A DNA stretch of 32,000 nucleotides, from contig NC_007614.1 in NCBI RefSeq assembly GCF_000196355.1, positions 1,350,001 to 1,382,000 on the forward strand. Reading direction: 5' to 3'. The stretch's first letter is position 1. Every line of letters starts with the position of its first letter. Origin of the DNA: Nitrosospira multiformis ATCC 25196. Its GTDB lineage: Bacteria; Pseudomonadota; Gammaproteobacteria; Burkholderiales; Nitrosomonadaceae. Made by a program: the position numbers and the translations under genes. Of the stretch, positions 1 to 9,421 are shown piece by piece. A model generated the notes under the pieces. The model worked only from the letters and a program-made list of their open reading frames with translations, ran no database searches and was not told the DNA's origin.

Positions 1-1
1 G

Positions 2-571
2 AAAACGGCTCTGGAAAAATATCCCGAATATCGCGAGCACAGCGGTCTTCTGTTAGCCAACGACAGCGTTCTCGGTCCGCTTTTCAGCATCGATAATATC
101 ATCGCCAGACTTGAAGGTAGCGAGGCTGATATCGTGGGAATGACGGATTCTTTTCGTTTTTATCCCCACCTGCAGTCCTATTTCCTCTACTGCAAGAAAA
201 AAACCGTATCCTCCGATGAATTTCTTCGCTTCTTCACGGAAATCGAGGTTCTGGAATTCAAGCCGGCCATTGTTCGCAGATATGAAGTCGGTTTTTCCCG
301 CTTCCTCAGCCGGCGCTTTCGCCTTGCAGCGCTCTACAGTCTGGGACAGGTTCTTGCTCGAACTGATTACCATCAAAGGCCGCTGCAATGGGTCGAATCG
401 ACCTTTCACCTGTGGAAGCCGCTTATTGCCGAGTCTGGATTCCCGTTCCTCAAAAAAAGCGTGCTGACAAGAAGAGGTGTGAGCTTGGGGGAAGTTTCAG
501 CGGTCCTCGCGGAGGCGGGCTCTCCCTACGAGACAGAAATTCTCAACGACTGGATATTGCCCCGCGGATAA
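2..571 (+). CDS. Polysaccharide biosynthesis protein, rhamnan synthesis F (RgpF)-like C-terminal part; 5' end outside window
   Basis: Frame 2 is open from the window edge. It reads KTALEKYPEYREHSGLLLANDSVLGPLFSIDNIIARLEGSEADIVGMTDSFRFYPHLQSYFLYCKKK. The DSVLGPL...DIVGMTDS...HLQSYF pattern is typical of RgpF-like proteins. Stop at 569-571. Confidence 0.65.
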   Translation, partial: KTALEKYPEYREHSGLLLANDSVLGPLFSIDNIIARLEGSEADIVGMTDSFRFYPHLQSYFLYCKKKTVSSDEFLRFFTEIEVLEFKPAIVRRYEVGFSRFLSRRFRLAALYSLGQVLARTDYHQRPLQWVESTFHLWKPLIAESGFPFLKKSVLTRRGVSLGEVSAVLAEAGSPYETEILNDWILPRG

Positions 572-826
572 GACAGAATTGCTCGACGGCGATTTCCCTT
601 CGTCATTCCCTTGAAAGCCTCGAAGAAGGAATCCGGAACCCTCGCATACGGATTTGCCCCTTCCGCTGAAGTGACGATCGAGCAACCTGCAAGCGCACTG
701 CTCACCCTGTTGAGGATCCGCACTCGGGGATTGCAGCAAAAATATCTGGGCTCCGGGACTATAAACCGGATATCCTTCGCCCTTCCACTGTTTTCACTTC
801 CACTCATAAAGTTACGATCAGCATAG

Positions 827-1594
827 ATGTCTTCATTTTTCATGGATGTATTATCCGGATGCGCTGTAGCGCTTTACGGATTGAAGGGCGGTTACACTGA
901 AGTCAATGTCAAAGGTCAATCCATACGTATCGCGGTGGACAATTTTCGGACGCTCCAGCGAGCAAAAACATATTCAATGAAAGAACCCGATACCCTGGAC
1001 TGGCTTGACGGCTTTGAACCGGGTTCCTGCTTCTTCGATCTGGGAGCGAATATCGGGCAGTATTCCCTGTATCCAGCAAAGAAATACGGGAAGGACATCC
1101 AGGTATACTCGTTCGAGCCCCAGTGCGCCAATTATTATTTATTGAATAAAAACATCTACCTCAACAAGCTCGATAAAAATATTACCGCCTATTGCGTAGC
1201 TGTTTCCGGAGAGGAAGGCTTTTCGAAACTTTATATTCCCAAATTCATAGGCGGTGGAAACCGCTCCCAGTTCGGAAAGGAAGATTTGAAGAATATGAAA
1301 AAATCCGCCGCGCATATTCAGGGCATGTTCGGCGTGACACTCGACGACTTATGCTCCAAATGGGGATTTCCCTATCCCAACTACATCAAGATCGATGTGG
1401 ATGGCATCGAGCTGGCTATCATCCGGGGTGGCGGGAATGTGCTCAGGAATCCGGCGCTGAGATCCGTCATCGTCGAGCTGGGAACAATCGAGGAGCAGCA
1501 GGAAGCGGTAGCGCTAATGGAGCAGGCAGGTTTGAAAGTCAGATTCAAAACCACCCGGAATTGGGGTGAAACCTGCTTTGTGTTCGCGAAATAG
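827..1594 (+). CDS. FkbM family methyltransferase
   Basis: 255 aa ORF with SAM-binding motif FFDLGANIGQYSLYPAKKYG, VYSFEPQ and YIKIDVDGIELAIIRGG, as in FkbM enzymes. Confidence 0.85.
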   Translation: MSSFFMDVLSGCAVALYGLKGGYTEVNVKGQSIRIAVDNFRTLQRAKTYSMKEPDTLDWLDGFEPGSCFFDLGANIGQYSLYPAKKYGKDIQVYSFEPQCANYYLLNKNIYLNKLDKNITAYCVAVSGEEGFSKLYIPKFIGGGNRSQFGKEDLKNMKKSAAHIQGMFGVTLDDLCSKWGFPYPNYIKIDVDGIELAIIRGGGNVLRNPALRSVIVELGTIEEQQEAVALMEQAGLKVRFKTTRNWGETCFVFAK

Positions 1595-1747
1595 GGTTGA
1601 TCATCTCTTCTTTGCCGAAGCGCCGATACACTTGTCTCTGAGCCTGGCGAACGAGCGTGTCCCGGGCACTGCACGCCCCCTCGATCCTTCGACGACTCCG
1701 GAGCAAGGGAACGGAGACGAAAGCTCAGGCAGGCATTCGTTGACCGC

Positions 1748-3511
1748 TCAGCGGGAAACGAAAACCGCTTCCCTGTGAGACAAGGGGGGAGTATCCCGCT
1801 CCGCAGGTGCATAACGGGCTGCCTCCGCCGGCTGCACCCGTTCCGCTTTTCCTTTGGAAAGCGCAAAAATCACATCCGCTGCGTTGATTAGCGCTGGCTG
1901 GTGGGAGACGGCAACAACCGTGAGCTCCTGTGTGAGGTTTCGCAGGGTTTCACAGACAAGTCGCTCACTTTCCGGATCGAGCGCACTCGTCGGTTCATCC
2001 AGTACCAGAAAGAGCGGTCGGTGAGCCAGTGCCCGGGCAATGGCAATGCGTTGGCGCTGTCCCCCGGATAACAGGCCGCCACGCTCGCCGACAATGGTAT
2101 AGAGACCCTCCGGCAATCCACTGACGAACTCCCATGCGCCCGCTTGGCGCAGTGCTCTTTCCGCATCCGCTTCAGTCAGTTCGGGTGCGCCGACGAGAAT
2201 ATTATTGAGAATACTGTCATGCAGCAGGACGTTCTCCTGGGCGACATATCCGATCATGCGGCGCCAGGCACGTGGATTGATGTCGCGCATGGGCACGCCA
2301 TCCACGAGGATTTCGCCTGACTTGGGGTCCACCAGGCCGCACAGGAGATCCAGCATGGTGCTTTTGCCGACCCCCGACGGGCCGGCTATGGTGGTGAAGG
2401 ATCTGACCGGGATTTCGAGAGTCAGGTCCTGAAAAATCGGCCGGGTATCATAATCGAAATTGACGTGGCGCAGGCTGATGCCCTTTTCAAGGGTGGGTTC
2501 GCGTGTGCCCGAGGTTCTTTCCGCTGCCGCACGCGCTTCTGCGACAGCGGTACGCAAGGCCCAGTAGGCGCTTTCCTGCGCCATCAGATTCTGGTATTTC
2601 CTCTGCGTCTTGTTGAGCAGACTGAGGAGCCGGGTCAGAAGAAAAACCATCACCATCACCGAGGGCAACGAGAGCCCCCATATTTCCAGAGCCAGATAAA
2701 GGCCGATTGCCATCAGTGTGGCAAGGATAGGCTCCTGCAGCGCCATCAGGGCCTCGCGCGCGATGATTTCCCGCCGGGTAGCCTTTTCCAGTTGCTGGGT
2801 CTGATCGCGCAGGATCGCTTCGGCTACATTGTCTCTCGCCATGGCCTTGAGCGATTTTACCGAAACGAGCACATCCGAAAGGTACGTCAGCAGGTTTCGC
2901 AGCAGATGGGTCTGCCTGGTTCCCGCCTTGCGTGTCGCACGAATCAACTGGTGCAGTACCTGCATCATGATGATGCCGACCAGAATGGAAGTAAGGGTGG
3001 CCTCCCATGAAACAAACATGGCTACGGTTCCGTAGACGACAACCTGTACGGCCAGTGCGAGTACAGTGACGCTGTGCTCAAAGCCATTGGCTGCCCGGTA
3101 GGCTTCAGTGGCGACGGAATTGGCAAGCGAACCCATCGGCTGGCGCAGGTAATACTGCCACCGGCTGGCAAGCAGCGCGTCGATCAGTTCGAGGCGGAGG
3201 ACGGTGGCCACATGGGCGACCGCATAACCCACCTGCCTGTTCGCCATCAGTAATATGAGGCTTTTGAGGATCATTCCTCCCACGATGATCAGCAGCATGG
3301 CCCCTATGGTGGGAGAGATCCCGATGTTCTGGAGAACTTCGGCGATGTGCCGACCCATGTCCGAACTGGCGGAATCGCCGACAGCGATCGAAAGGAGGGG
3401 AAGGAGGGCAGTGAGGCTTAAGCCTTCTGCAATGCCTGCCGCCAGAAGCGCAACCAGGACGTACGCAGTACGCCTCGGGGAAAGCATGCAATAGGCAAAG
3501 AGAGTTCGCAT
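1748..3511 (-). CDS. ABC transporter ATP-binding/permease protein (MsbA-like half exporter)
   Basis: 587 aa with an N-terminal multi-TM domain. Walker A GPSGVGKST, signature LSGGQRQR, Walker B LFLVLDEPTSALD and H-loop VVAVSHQ are all present. Confidence 0.9.
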   Translation of the reverse strand: MRTLFAYCMLSPRRTAYVLVALLAAGIAEGLSLTALLPLLSIAVGDSASSDMGRHIAEVLQNIGISPTIGAMLLIIVGGMILKSLILLMANRQVGYAVAHVATVLRLELIDALLASRWQYYLRQPMGSLANSVATEAYRAANGFEHSVTVLALAVQVVVYGTVAMFVSWEATLTSILVGIIMMQVLHQLIRATRKAGTRQTHLLRNLLTYLSDVLVSVKSLKAMARDNVAEAILRDQTQQLEKATRREIIAREALMALQEPILATLMAIGLYLALEIWGLSLPSVMVMVFLLTRLLSLLNKTQRKYQNLMAQESAYWALRTAVAEARAAAERTSGTREPTLEKGISLRHVNFDYDTRPIFQDLTLEIPVRSFTTIAGPSGVGKSTMLDLLCGLVDPKSGEILVDGVPMRDINPRAWRRMIGYVAQENVLLHDSILNNILVGAPELTEADAERALRQAGAWEFVSGLPEGLYTIVGERGGLLSGGQRQRIAIARALAHRPLFLVLDEPTSALDPESERLVCETLRNLTQELTVVAVSHQPALINAADVIFALSKGKAERVQPAEAARYAPAERDTPPLSHREAVFVSR

Positions 3512-3739
3512 AAGTTGGGTCTGCAGACTATGGAGTTATCATAACCTAAATTACGGGCACGGTCTTGAAAAAACCCTTCCATTAACGAGGAATTCCATGG
3601 GGAAATTCAGCCGCAAAGCGGGGCGTAATGGAGGGTCATGCAGGGAAAAGGACAGACAGTGAAAGTGAGTACATATTCTGAAGCAACGGATCGGGCGGAA
3701 TTGCGGACAGGATGTGCCTGTGCGCTTGTTCCGGATTAT

Positions 3740-3991
3740 TCAGTCGGTCTTTCGAGCTCCGCGGATATTGATCGTTGCCAGAGCCAGCTGGAGACCGAGA
3801 ACCGCGAATGCTTCGACATGCCATCCCCAGATTACCCATAATACATTGCTGAGGAGGGAAAACAGAAAACCCGCGTGACGCATGCGCTTGGCCTGGTAGG
3901 TCAGAAGCCAGACCGAAAGAATATTGATCACCATGGCAGGCCACTGTAGTAAATTGATGTAATCCATATTCCTCCATTTTCCGGAAAACAA
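3740..3991 (-). CDS. Small multi-spanning membrane protein, uncharacterised
   Basis: 83 aa ORF with three plausible hydrophobic helices (LLQWPAMVINILSVWLLTYQA, AGFLFSLLSNVLWVIWGW, AFAVLGLQLALATINI). Divergent from ku. Purine-rich putative SD just upstream (rc of cctccatt). An internal start at M9 is possible. Confidence 0.6.
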   Translation of the reverse strand: MFSGKWRNMDYINLLQWPAMVINILSVWLLTYQAKRMRHAGFLFSLLSNVLWVIWGWHVEAFAVLGLQLALATINIRGARKTD

Positions 3992-4207
3992 GCTGTGCTT
4001 CAGCGATATATGTAGATATATGTGTTATGTTAAATTCAATGCGTAAAAAGCGTTAAAGGCATGCATGCCGAACGTAGGCCCGCCGACACATCTTTTCGCT
4101 CCAGCGATCAGGGCTTCGTGTCCAGTTTCACCTTGAACCGATCATCTCATCCATAGACTCGTAGTTCCGTTCGAAAGAACACAAATCAGAGTGGCGGAGT
4201 GGAAAAG

Positions 4208-4244
4208 GCTTGTATCTCCAGGGTGCGCAATCGCACATACAAGC
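4208..4244 (+). promoter_or_regulatory. Potential hairpin in the ku upstream region
   Basis: GCTTGTAT(4208-4215)...ATACAAGC(4237-4244) is a perfect 8-bp inverted repeat. It encloses GTGCG-CAAT-CGCAC (4223-4236). It ends about 70 nt before the ku start. Confidence 0.45.
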
Positions 4245-4312
4245 GGAGGGGGGAGGAGCATGATTTGTATTTCGATATTTGGCCCTGGAAAGGGGCTCAT
4301 TTCCGATCAATC

Positions 4313-5227
4313 ATGGTTGCATCTGCCTCCACCCGGGCTTTATGGAAGGGCGCCATCAGTTTTGGACTGGTGCATATCCCCGTGGCCCTTCATACCGCAA
4401 CGACAGAGCAGGGTTTGAATTTCGACTGGCTGGACAAGCGCAGTATGGATCCTGTCGGGTATAAACGCATCAACAAGAGGACCGGGAAGGAGATCGATAA
4501 GGAAGATATCGTCAAGGGAATCGAGTACGAGGATGATCATTACGTGATTTTGAGCCAAGAGGAGATTGCTGCCGCTTATCCCAAGACCACGCAGACGATC
4601 GCGATCGAAATGTTCGTGCCGGCAACTGATATACCCTTCATCTATCTGGAGCGTCCCTACTATGTCACACCCGCCAATAAAGGCGAAAAAGTTTATGCGC
4701 TTTTGCGCGAGACCCTGTCCAGGACAGGGCGGGTCGGCATTGCCCGAGTGATTATTCAGACAAAGCAGCATCTTGCCGCTCTTATTCCGTTCGGTCGCGC
4801 ATTGGTTCTTAATCTATTGCGCTGGGGAGATGAAATCCGCAGCTCGGAAAATATGAGTTTTCCGGCCGAAGGCGCCAAGGAAACCGGCATTACCGATAAA
4901 GAATTGAAAATGGCTGAGCAGTTGGTAATGGACATGAGTGGCAAATGGAACCCGGAAGAATTTCATGATTCGTTTAAGGACGAAATCATGAAACTTGTGA
5001 ACGAGAAAGTTGAAACGGGTGATATACAAACCGTAGCAGAGCCGGAAGAAGTCGAGTTACAGCGTGGCGGTGCGCAAATACTCGATCTCACTGAATTGCT
5101 CCAGCGCAGCCTGAAGAAACACACAGACAACGAAGACCGTGACCGGCGACCTGTCAGAAAGCCCGCCAAATCGACGACTGCCTCATCTGCGCCTGCCCGC
5201 AGCGCACACAAGCGCCGGGCGGTATAG
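4313..5227 (+). CDS. ku: Non-homologous end joining protein Ku
   Basis: The Ku core ALWKGAISFGLVHIPVALHTAT...YKRINKRTGKEIDKEDIVKGIEYEDDHYVILSQEEI is present. The ORF is open from 4199, but homologues normally start near MVASASTRALWKGAISFG, so ATG 4313 is preferred. Basic C-terminal tail. Confidence 0.93.
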   Translation: MVASASTRALWKGAISFGLVHIPVALHTATTEQGLNFDWLDKRSMDPVGYKRINKRTGKEIDKEDIVKGIEYEDDHYVILSQEEIAAAYPKTTQTIAIEMFVPATDIPFIYLERPYYVTPANKGEKVYALLRETLSRTGRVGIARVIIQTKQHLAALIPFGRALVLNLLRWGDEIRSSENMSFPAEGAKETGITDKELKMAEQLVMDMSGKWNPEEFHDSFKDEIMKLVNEKVETGDIQTVAEPEEVELQRGGAQILDLTELLQRSLKKHTDNEDRDRRPVRKPAKSTTASSAPARSAHKRRAV

Positions 5228-5242
5228 GGCGAATTCGATAGA

Positions 5243-7804
5243 ATGACAAATGATGACTCGCTTAAAACTTACCGGGCCAAACGTGATTTCTCGGTAACAC
5301 CTGAGCCAAGCGGCGTTGCCAGTGGCAAGACAGCCATCAAGAGTACTGCCAAGGTTTTGTCGTTTGTTGTCCAGAAGCACTGGGCAACGCGTCTGCACTA
5401 CGACTTCAGGCTGGAACTGGAAGGAACGATGAAGAGCTGGGCTGTTCCCAAAGGCCCCAGTTTCGACCCTAACGACAAACGCATGGCGGTCCACGTCGAA
5501 GACCATCCCATTTCCTATAACAGTTTTGAAGGCGAGATACCCTCAGGTCAGTATGGCGCCGGTAAAGTCATTATTTGGGATAAGGGAACCTGGATTCCTC
5601 TCGAAGATCCGCACAAGGGGTATCGTGACGGCAAGCTGAAATTCGAGCTGCGGGGGCTCAAGCTGAAAGGGCACTGGGCCTTGGTGCGCATGAGAAAGGA
5701 AGAAAACAAAAAGCAGGAACCCTGGCTGCTGATAAAAGAAAAGGATGAATATGTCCGTTCATCGCGGGAGTATAGCGTGGTGGACGAAATGCCGGACAGT
5801 GTGGCCGAACTTGACGTGCCAGACGTGCCACAACCTTCCAAAGCTTCCGCAACATCGGGAAGCAGCTCACCCAAAAGCAGTTCGATATTCCGCAAGGGAA
5901 CGAAAACGACCTTGCCGGACAATGCGCGCAAGGCTGAGCTTCCGCGGACATTGACGCCGGAGCTCGCCACGCTGGTGGACGAGCCTCCTGTGGATCCGGA
6001 AGAGTGGATTTACGAAATCAAGTTTGACGGGTACCGGATGTTGAGCAGAATAGAGGGAGGAGAAGTCCGCCTCATAACCCGAAACGGAAATGACTGGTCT
6101 CATAAGCTGCCGCATCTGATAAAAGCGTTGGGAAAGCTCAAACTGAAGTCGTCCTGGCTCGATGGCGAAATTGCGGTGCTGGATGAAAACGGTATTCCCG
6201 ATTTCCAGTCGTTGCAGAATGCCTTCGACAGCGCGCATACCGAGAGCATCATTTATTATCTCTTCGATGTGCCCTTTTACGAGGGATATGATTTGCGGGA
6301 CGCTTCCCTTGTCGAACGCCGCGCCTTACTGCAAAAACTGTTTGAGGCACACGCCCCTGATGAAATACGCTTCAGCGACGTTTTCGATGTTTCTCCAGCG
6401 GAAATTCTCGATTCCGCTTGCCGGCTTGGACTGGAAGGAGTGATCGGCAAACGTAAAACCTCGGTTTATGTCTCGCGCCGATCCCAGGACTGGATAAAGC
6501 TCAAATGTAAAAACCGCCAGGAATTCGTTATCGGCGGATATACAGATCCCAAAGGTACGCGGAAGGGTATTGGTTCTCTTCTGCTCGGTTATTATGATGA
6601 AGACCGAAAACTCAGATATGCAGGGAATGTAGGCGCGGGATTCAGCGATAAGACGCTGGAGGACCTCAGGGCAAGGTTGGACAGAATTGCTTTGACGGAT
6701 AGCCCTTTTGTGAAAGCAAATGGCCTCGATAAAAACGCGCATTGGGTCGAACCCCGGCTTATCGCGGAAGTTTCCTTCGGTGAATGGACGCGAGGAGGTC
6801 ACATTCGTCACTCGGTATTCCACGGTTTGAGATCCGACAAAAAAGCGGATGTCATTGTTCGCGAGAAGCCCGTGCATCCCGCGGCGAAGTCGGCGCCTGC
6901 AAGCGCCATTCCAAAATCCCTGAAAGTGACGAACCCGGACCGAGTGATCGATCCCTCCACCGGGTTTACAAAGGTCGATCTCATACGCTACTACGCGCTG
7001 GTAGCGCCTTTGATGCTGCCTCACCTCGCACGGCGGCCGGTTTCACTCGTGCGTGCTCCCGAGGGGGTATCGGGCGAACTCTTTTTTCAGAAGCATTGGG
7101 AGAAAGAGAACATGCCGGGGATCGAGCAGCTTGATCCATCGCTCGACCCCGACCATCCTCCGCTGCTCGAAGTTTCAACCGCTGAAGGCCTTCTTTCCGC
7201 AGTGCAGATGAACGTGATCGAGTTTCATACGTGGAACGCCACCAAGAATGTCATTGGCAAGCCTGACAGAATCGCGTTCGACCTGGACCCCGGCAGCGGA
7301 GTCGAATGGGCCCTCATCCAGGAGTCGGCGCAGCTCGTCAATGTCTTTCTCAGGGAACTGGGGTTGAAATCTTTTCTGAAAACGAGTGGGGGCAAAGGCC
7401 TGCACATCGTCGTGCCGATCAGGAGGCTGCGTGATTGGGATACGGTGAAAGGTTTCTCTCAGGCCATCGTACAGCATCTGGCTAAAACCATTCCGACGCG
7501 TTTCACCGCAAAAAGCGGGCCTCGCAACCGGGTGGGAAAGATCTTCATCGATTACCTGCGCAATGGGTTCGGAGCCACCACCGTATCCGCCTGGTCAGTA
7601 CGCGCCCGGCCTGGATTGGGCGTTTCTGTACCGCTGGCGTGGGAAGAGCTGTCCTCGCTGAAAAGCAGTACTCGCTGGTCCGCTTCCAATATTCATGAAC
7701 GCCTGGATAAGGGTAATGACCCCTGGGCCGACTACGCAGAGACGAATCAATCGATAGTTCCTGCCATGAAAAAGCTGGGATTCACCCCTTCATCAAAGGC
7801 ATGA
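5243..7804 (+). CDS. ligD: DNA ligase D: 3'-phosphoesterase, ATP-dependent ligase and polymerase/primase domains
   Basis: 853 aa. PE domain: FVVQKHWATRLHYDFRLELEGTMKSWAVPKGPS. Ligase motif: WIYEIKFDGYRM. POL domain: LTNPDRVIDPSTGFTKVDLIRYY, IAFDLDPG and TSGGKGLHIVVPI. Starts 15 nt after the ku stop. Confidence 0.95.
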   Translation: MTNDDSLKTYRAKRDFSVTPEPSGVASGKTAIKSTAKVLSFVVQKHWATRLHYDFRLELEGTMKSWAVPKGPSFDPNDKRMAVHVEDHPISYNSFEGEIPSGQYGAGKVIIWDKGTWIPLEDPHKGYRDGKLKFELRGLKLKGHWALVRMRKEENKKQEPWLLIKEKDEYVRSSREYSVVDEMPDSVAELDVPDVPQPSKASATSGSSSPKSSSIFRKGTKTTLPDNARKAELPRTLTPELATLVDEPPVDPEEWIYEIKFDGYRMLSRIEGGEVRLITRNGNDWSHKLPHLIKALGKLKLKSSWLDGEIAVLDENGIPDFQSLQNAFDSAHTESIIYYLFDVPFYEGYDLRDASLVERRALLQKLFEAHAPDEIRFSDVFDVSPAEILDSACRLGLEGVIGKRKTSVYVSRRSQDWIKLKCKNRQEFVIGGYTDPKGTRKGIGSLLLGYYDEDRKLRYAGNVGAGFSDKTLEDLRARLDRIALTDSPFVKANGLDKNAHWVEPRLIAEVSFGEWTRGGHIRHSVFHGLRSDKKADVIVREKPVHPAAKSAPASAIPKSLKVTNPDRVIDPSTGFTKVDLIRYYALVAPLMLPHLARRPVSLVRAPEGVSGELFFQKHWEKENMPGIEQLDPSLDPDHPPLLEVSTAEGLLSAVQMNVIEFHTWNATKNVIGKPDRIAFDLDPGSGVEWALIQESAQLVNVFLRELGLKSFLKTSGGKGLHIVVPIRRLRDWDTVKGFSQAIVQHLAKTIPTRFTAKSGPRNRVGKIFIDYLRNGFGATTVSAWSVRARPGLGVSVPLAWEELSSLKSSTRWSASNIHERLDKGNDPWADYAETNQSIVPAMKKLGFTPSSKA

Positions 7805-7824
7805 AGGCGCTATCCGGACAAATC

Positions 7825-8859
7825 TCATGGCTTCACTCCTGTAACCAGGCTGTAGTAACCGAAGGCCGGATGCACTTCGATGCCCTCAAATCCCGCTTCC
7901 GCCAGCATGGTTGAAAGCTCCCTGCCAGAGTATGATCTGCCTTCCGTCCATCCCATCATCAGCATGCTGAAGGCAGCGGCCGCAAACGGTCCGGTTTTTT
8001 CATCGTTGTAAAGCATGCCGTGGATGATGATGCGCCCGCCGGAAGGAAGACTGTTGAAGCTTTTAGCGGTGAGGAAATTACATTTTTCCGGAGGCCAGTC
8101 GTTGTAGACCGTGGAATAAAAGTGAAGATCGGCGGCAGGCAGCGTATCGCTCCACATGTTTCCTTCCTGTGTTCGAATACGGTCCTGCAGACCATGGCGA
8201 GCGATGAATTCCTGGGCGATCTCGCAAACGAGCGGGAAATCGAAAACGATGGCCTGCAGCTGCGGCCATTTCGATACGGCTCCAATCGAATGAGCGCCTG
8301 AACTGCCTCCGATATCGAGCATTGTCCGGTAGTTGGACAGATCAAGAATACCCGGCCAATAGAATGCGGAGGTAATACTGAAACTGTACATGCCACGGGT
8401 AAACTTCCGCACTTGCTCAGCCTGTTCCTCGGGAGATTGATATATACCTGCTCCTCCGTAGACCTGGGGACTGTCCGAGAGAATTGCTTTTTTCAGGCTG
8501 GCAAATGAGTGTACTTGATCATCGTCTATCATCAGATCCCACAAATAGCCGAAATAGTTCGGGCTCGTCTCCAGCAGATAGTGCCTCGCAAGGGGCGTGA
8601 GATAATAGAGCCCGTCCTGAAAGGATAAGAAACCGGCCGCGGTTGCAGTGGTTAAAATGGCTTCCGTGGGCCGCGCTTTGATATTCAATTTGCCACAGAT
8701 AGCGGTGAGCGACAAAGGCTTATCGGCAAGCAGGGGGAATATTTTCAGCTTGTGCGCCAGCAGTAAGGCGGGGTAGCCATACACTCCAAGCACGACATCC
8801 CATAGGGGGCGGTCGTCTTCTATCTGCTTGGGGGGTGTGTTCATGGAAGCTTGGGTCAT
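7825..8859 (-). CDS. SAM-dependent methyltransferase (O-methyltransferase family 2 / acetylserotonin O-methyltransferase-like)
   Basis: 344 aa. N-terminal winged-helix/dimerisation-like region, then SAM motif MLDIGGSSGAHSIGAVSKWP and the motif LHFYSTVYNDWPPEKCNFLTAKSFNSLPSGGRIIIH. Confidence 0.8.
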   Translation of the reverse strand: MTQASMNTPPKQIEDDRPLWDVVLGVYGYPALLLAHKLKIFPLLADKPLSLTAICGKLNIKARPTEAILTTATAAGFLSFQDGLYYLTPLARHYLLETSPNYFGYLWDLMIDDDQVHSFASLKKAILSDSPQVYGGAGIYQSPEEQAEQVRKFTRGMYSFSITSAFYWPGILDLSNYRTMLDIGGSSGAHSIGAVSKWPQLQAIVFDFPLVCEIAQEFIARHGLQDRIRTQEGNMWSDTLPAADLHFYSTVYNDWPPEKCNFLTAKSFNSLPSGGRIIIHGMLYNDEKTGPFAAAAFSMLMMGWTEGRSYSGRELSTMLAEAGFEGIEVHPAFGYYSLVTGVKP

Positions 8860-8926
8860 TGCAGTTCCTCGAGACTGGGGATCATCTAGCGGGATCGTTG
8901 AACGGGAATGATGGAGACACGTTGGC

Positions 8927-9421
8927 TCATGCGCCTGGTTCGCTTTCCACCAGGCGCTTTATATTTTGTACCGTTCGTTCCGCTCCATCCTGCACCGCGG
9001 TCCTGATCATTGGCTCGAACGGCCGCATTATCATCTGGATCTCAAGCAATTCGAACTTAAAAAGAAGCCTGGTTGAGCCTGAATTCTGCTCGTCCAGCAA
9101 CTCGTAGACGCAGCGAAAGGGGTCCGAGATGCCGGCAAATGCCACGCGGCGATCGGGCTCATAAATCGTAATCCTGAACTTCGATTCCGAACGATGTCCC
9201 TGGTCAACACGCACCTGGCGTGCGATGGTTCCGAGGCAGACCGGACCATGGGTGAGTTGCTCGAGTTCCTTTACCTCCGGCGACCATCTGGGGTAGTTCA
9301 AAAAGAGATTTTCGCCGATAAATTTGAATGCCTTTCCGGCCGGGCATTCAAGAAGAATGCTAGCCTTACCCACTACTGGCTCGGAAGGGCCCAAGTTGAA
9401 CATCGACCCTAAATTGAACAT
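8927..9421 (-). CDS. SRPBCC family (polyketide cyclase/dehydrase-like) protein
   Basis: 164 aa resembling the SRPBCC fold family: ASILLECPAGKAFKFIGENLFLNYPRWSPEVKELEQLTHGPVCLGTIARQVR. rc upstream has a GAGGAG-type SD and TATAAT at 9452-9457. Confidence 0.65.
   Translation of the reverse strand: MFNLGSMFNLGPSEPVVGKASILLECPAGKAFKFIGENLFLNYPRWSPEVKELEQLTHGPVCLGTIARQVRVDQGHRSESKFRITIYEPDRRVAFAGISDPFRCVYELLDEQNSGSTRLLFKFELLEIQMIMRPFEPMIRTAVQDGAERTVQNIKRLVESEPGA

Noticed and set aside
53-669. ORFs 53-409 (-), 216-467 (+), 388-669 (+) at the left edge
   Set aside because: They overlap the edge-open RgpF-like frame, which has clear family motifs.
2465-3491. Long frames opposite or shifted within the ABC exporter (2465-3010 +, 2487-3008 -, 3105-3491 -), including a His-rich stretch KKNHHHHRG
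   Set aside because: They overlap a gene with complete ABC motifs; composition is a GC-rich shadow of the real frame.
4199-4312. N-terminal 38-aa extension of the Ku ORF (MEKACISRVRNRTYKRRG...)
   Set aside because: Ku homologues normally begin close to the RALWKGAISFG block, and this segment overlaps the hairpin and purine-rich tract. ATG 4313 is more likely.
6326-7024. 232-aa minus-strand ORF inside ligD
   Set aside because: Fully antisense to conserved ligase/polymerase-domain sequence; no SD or motif.
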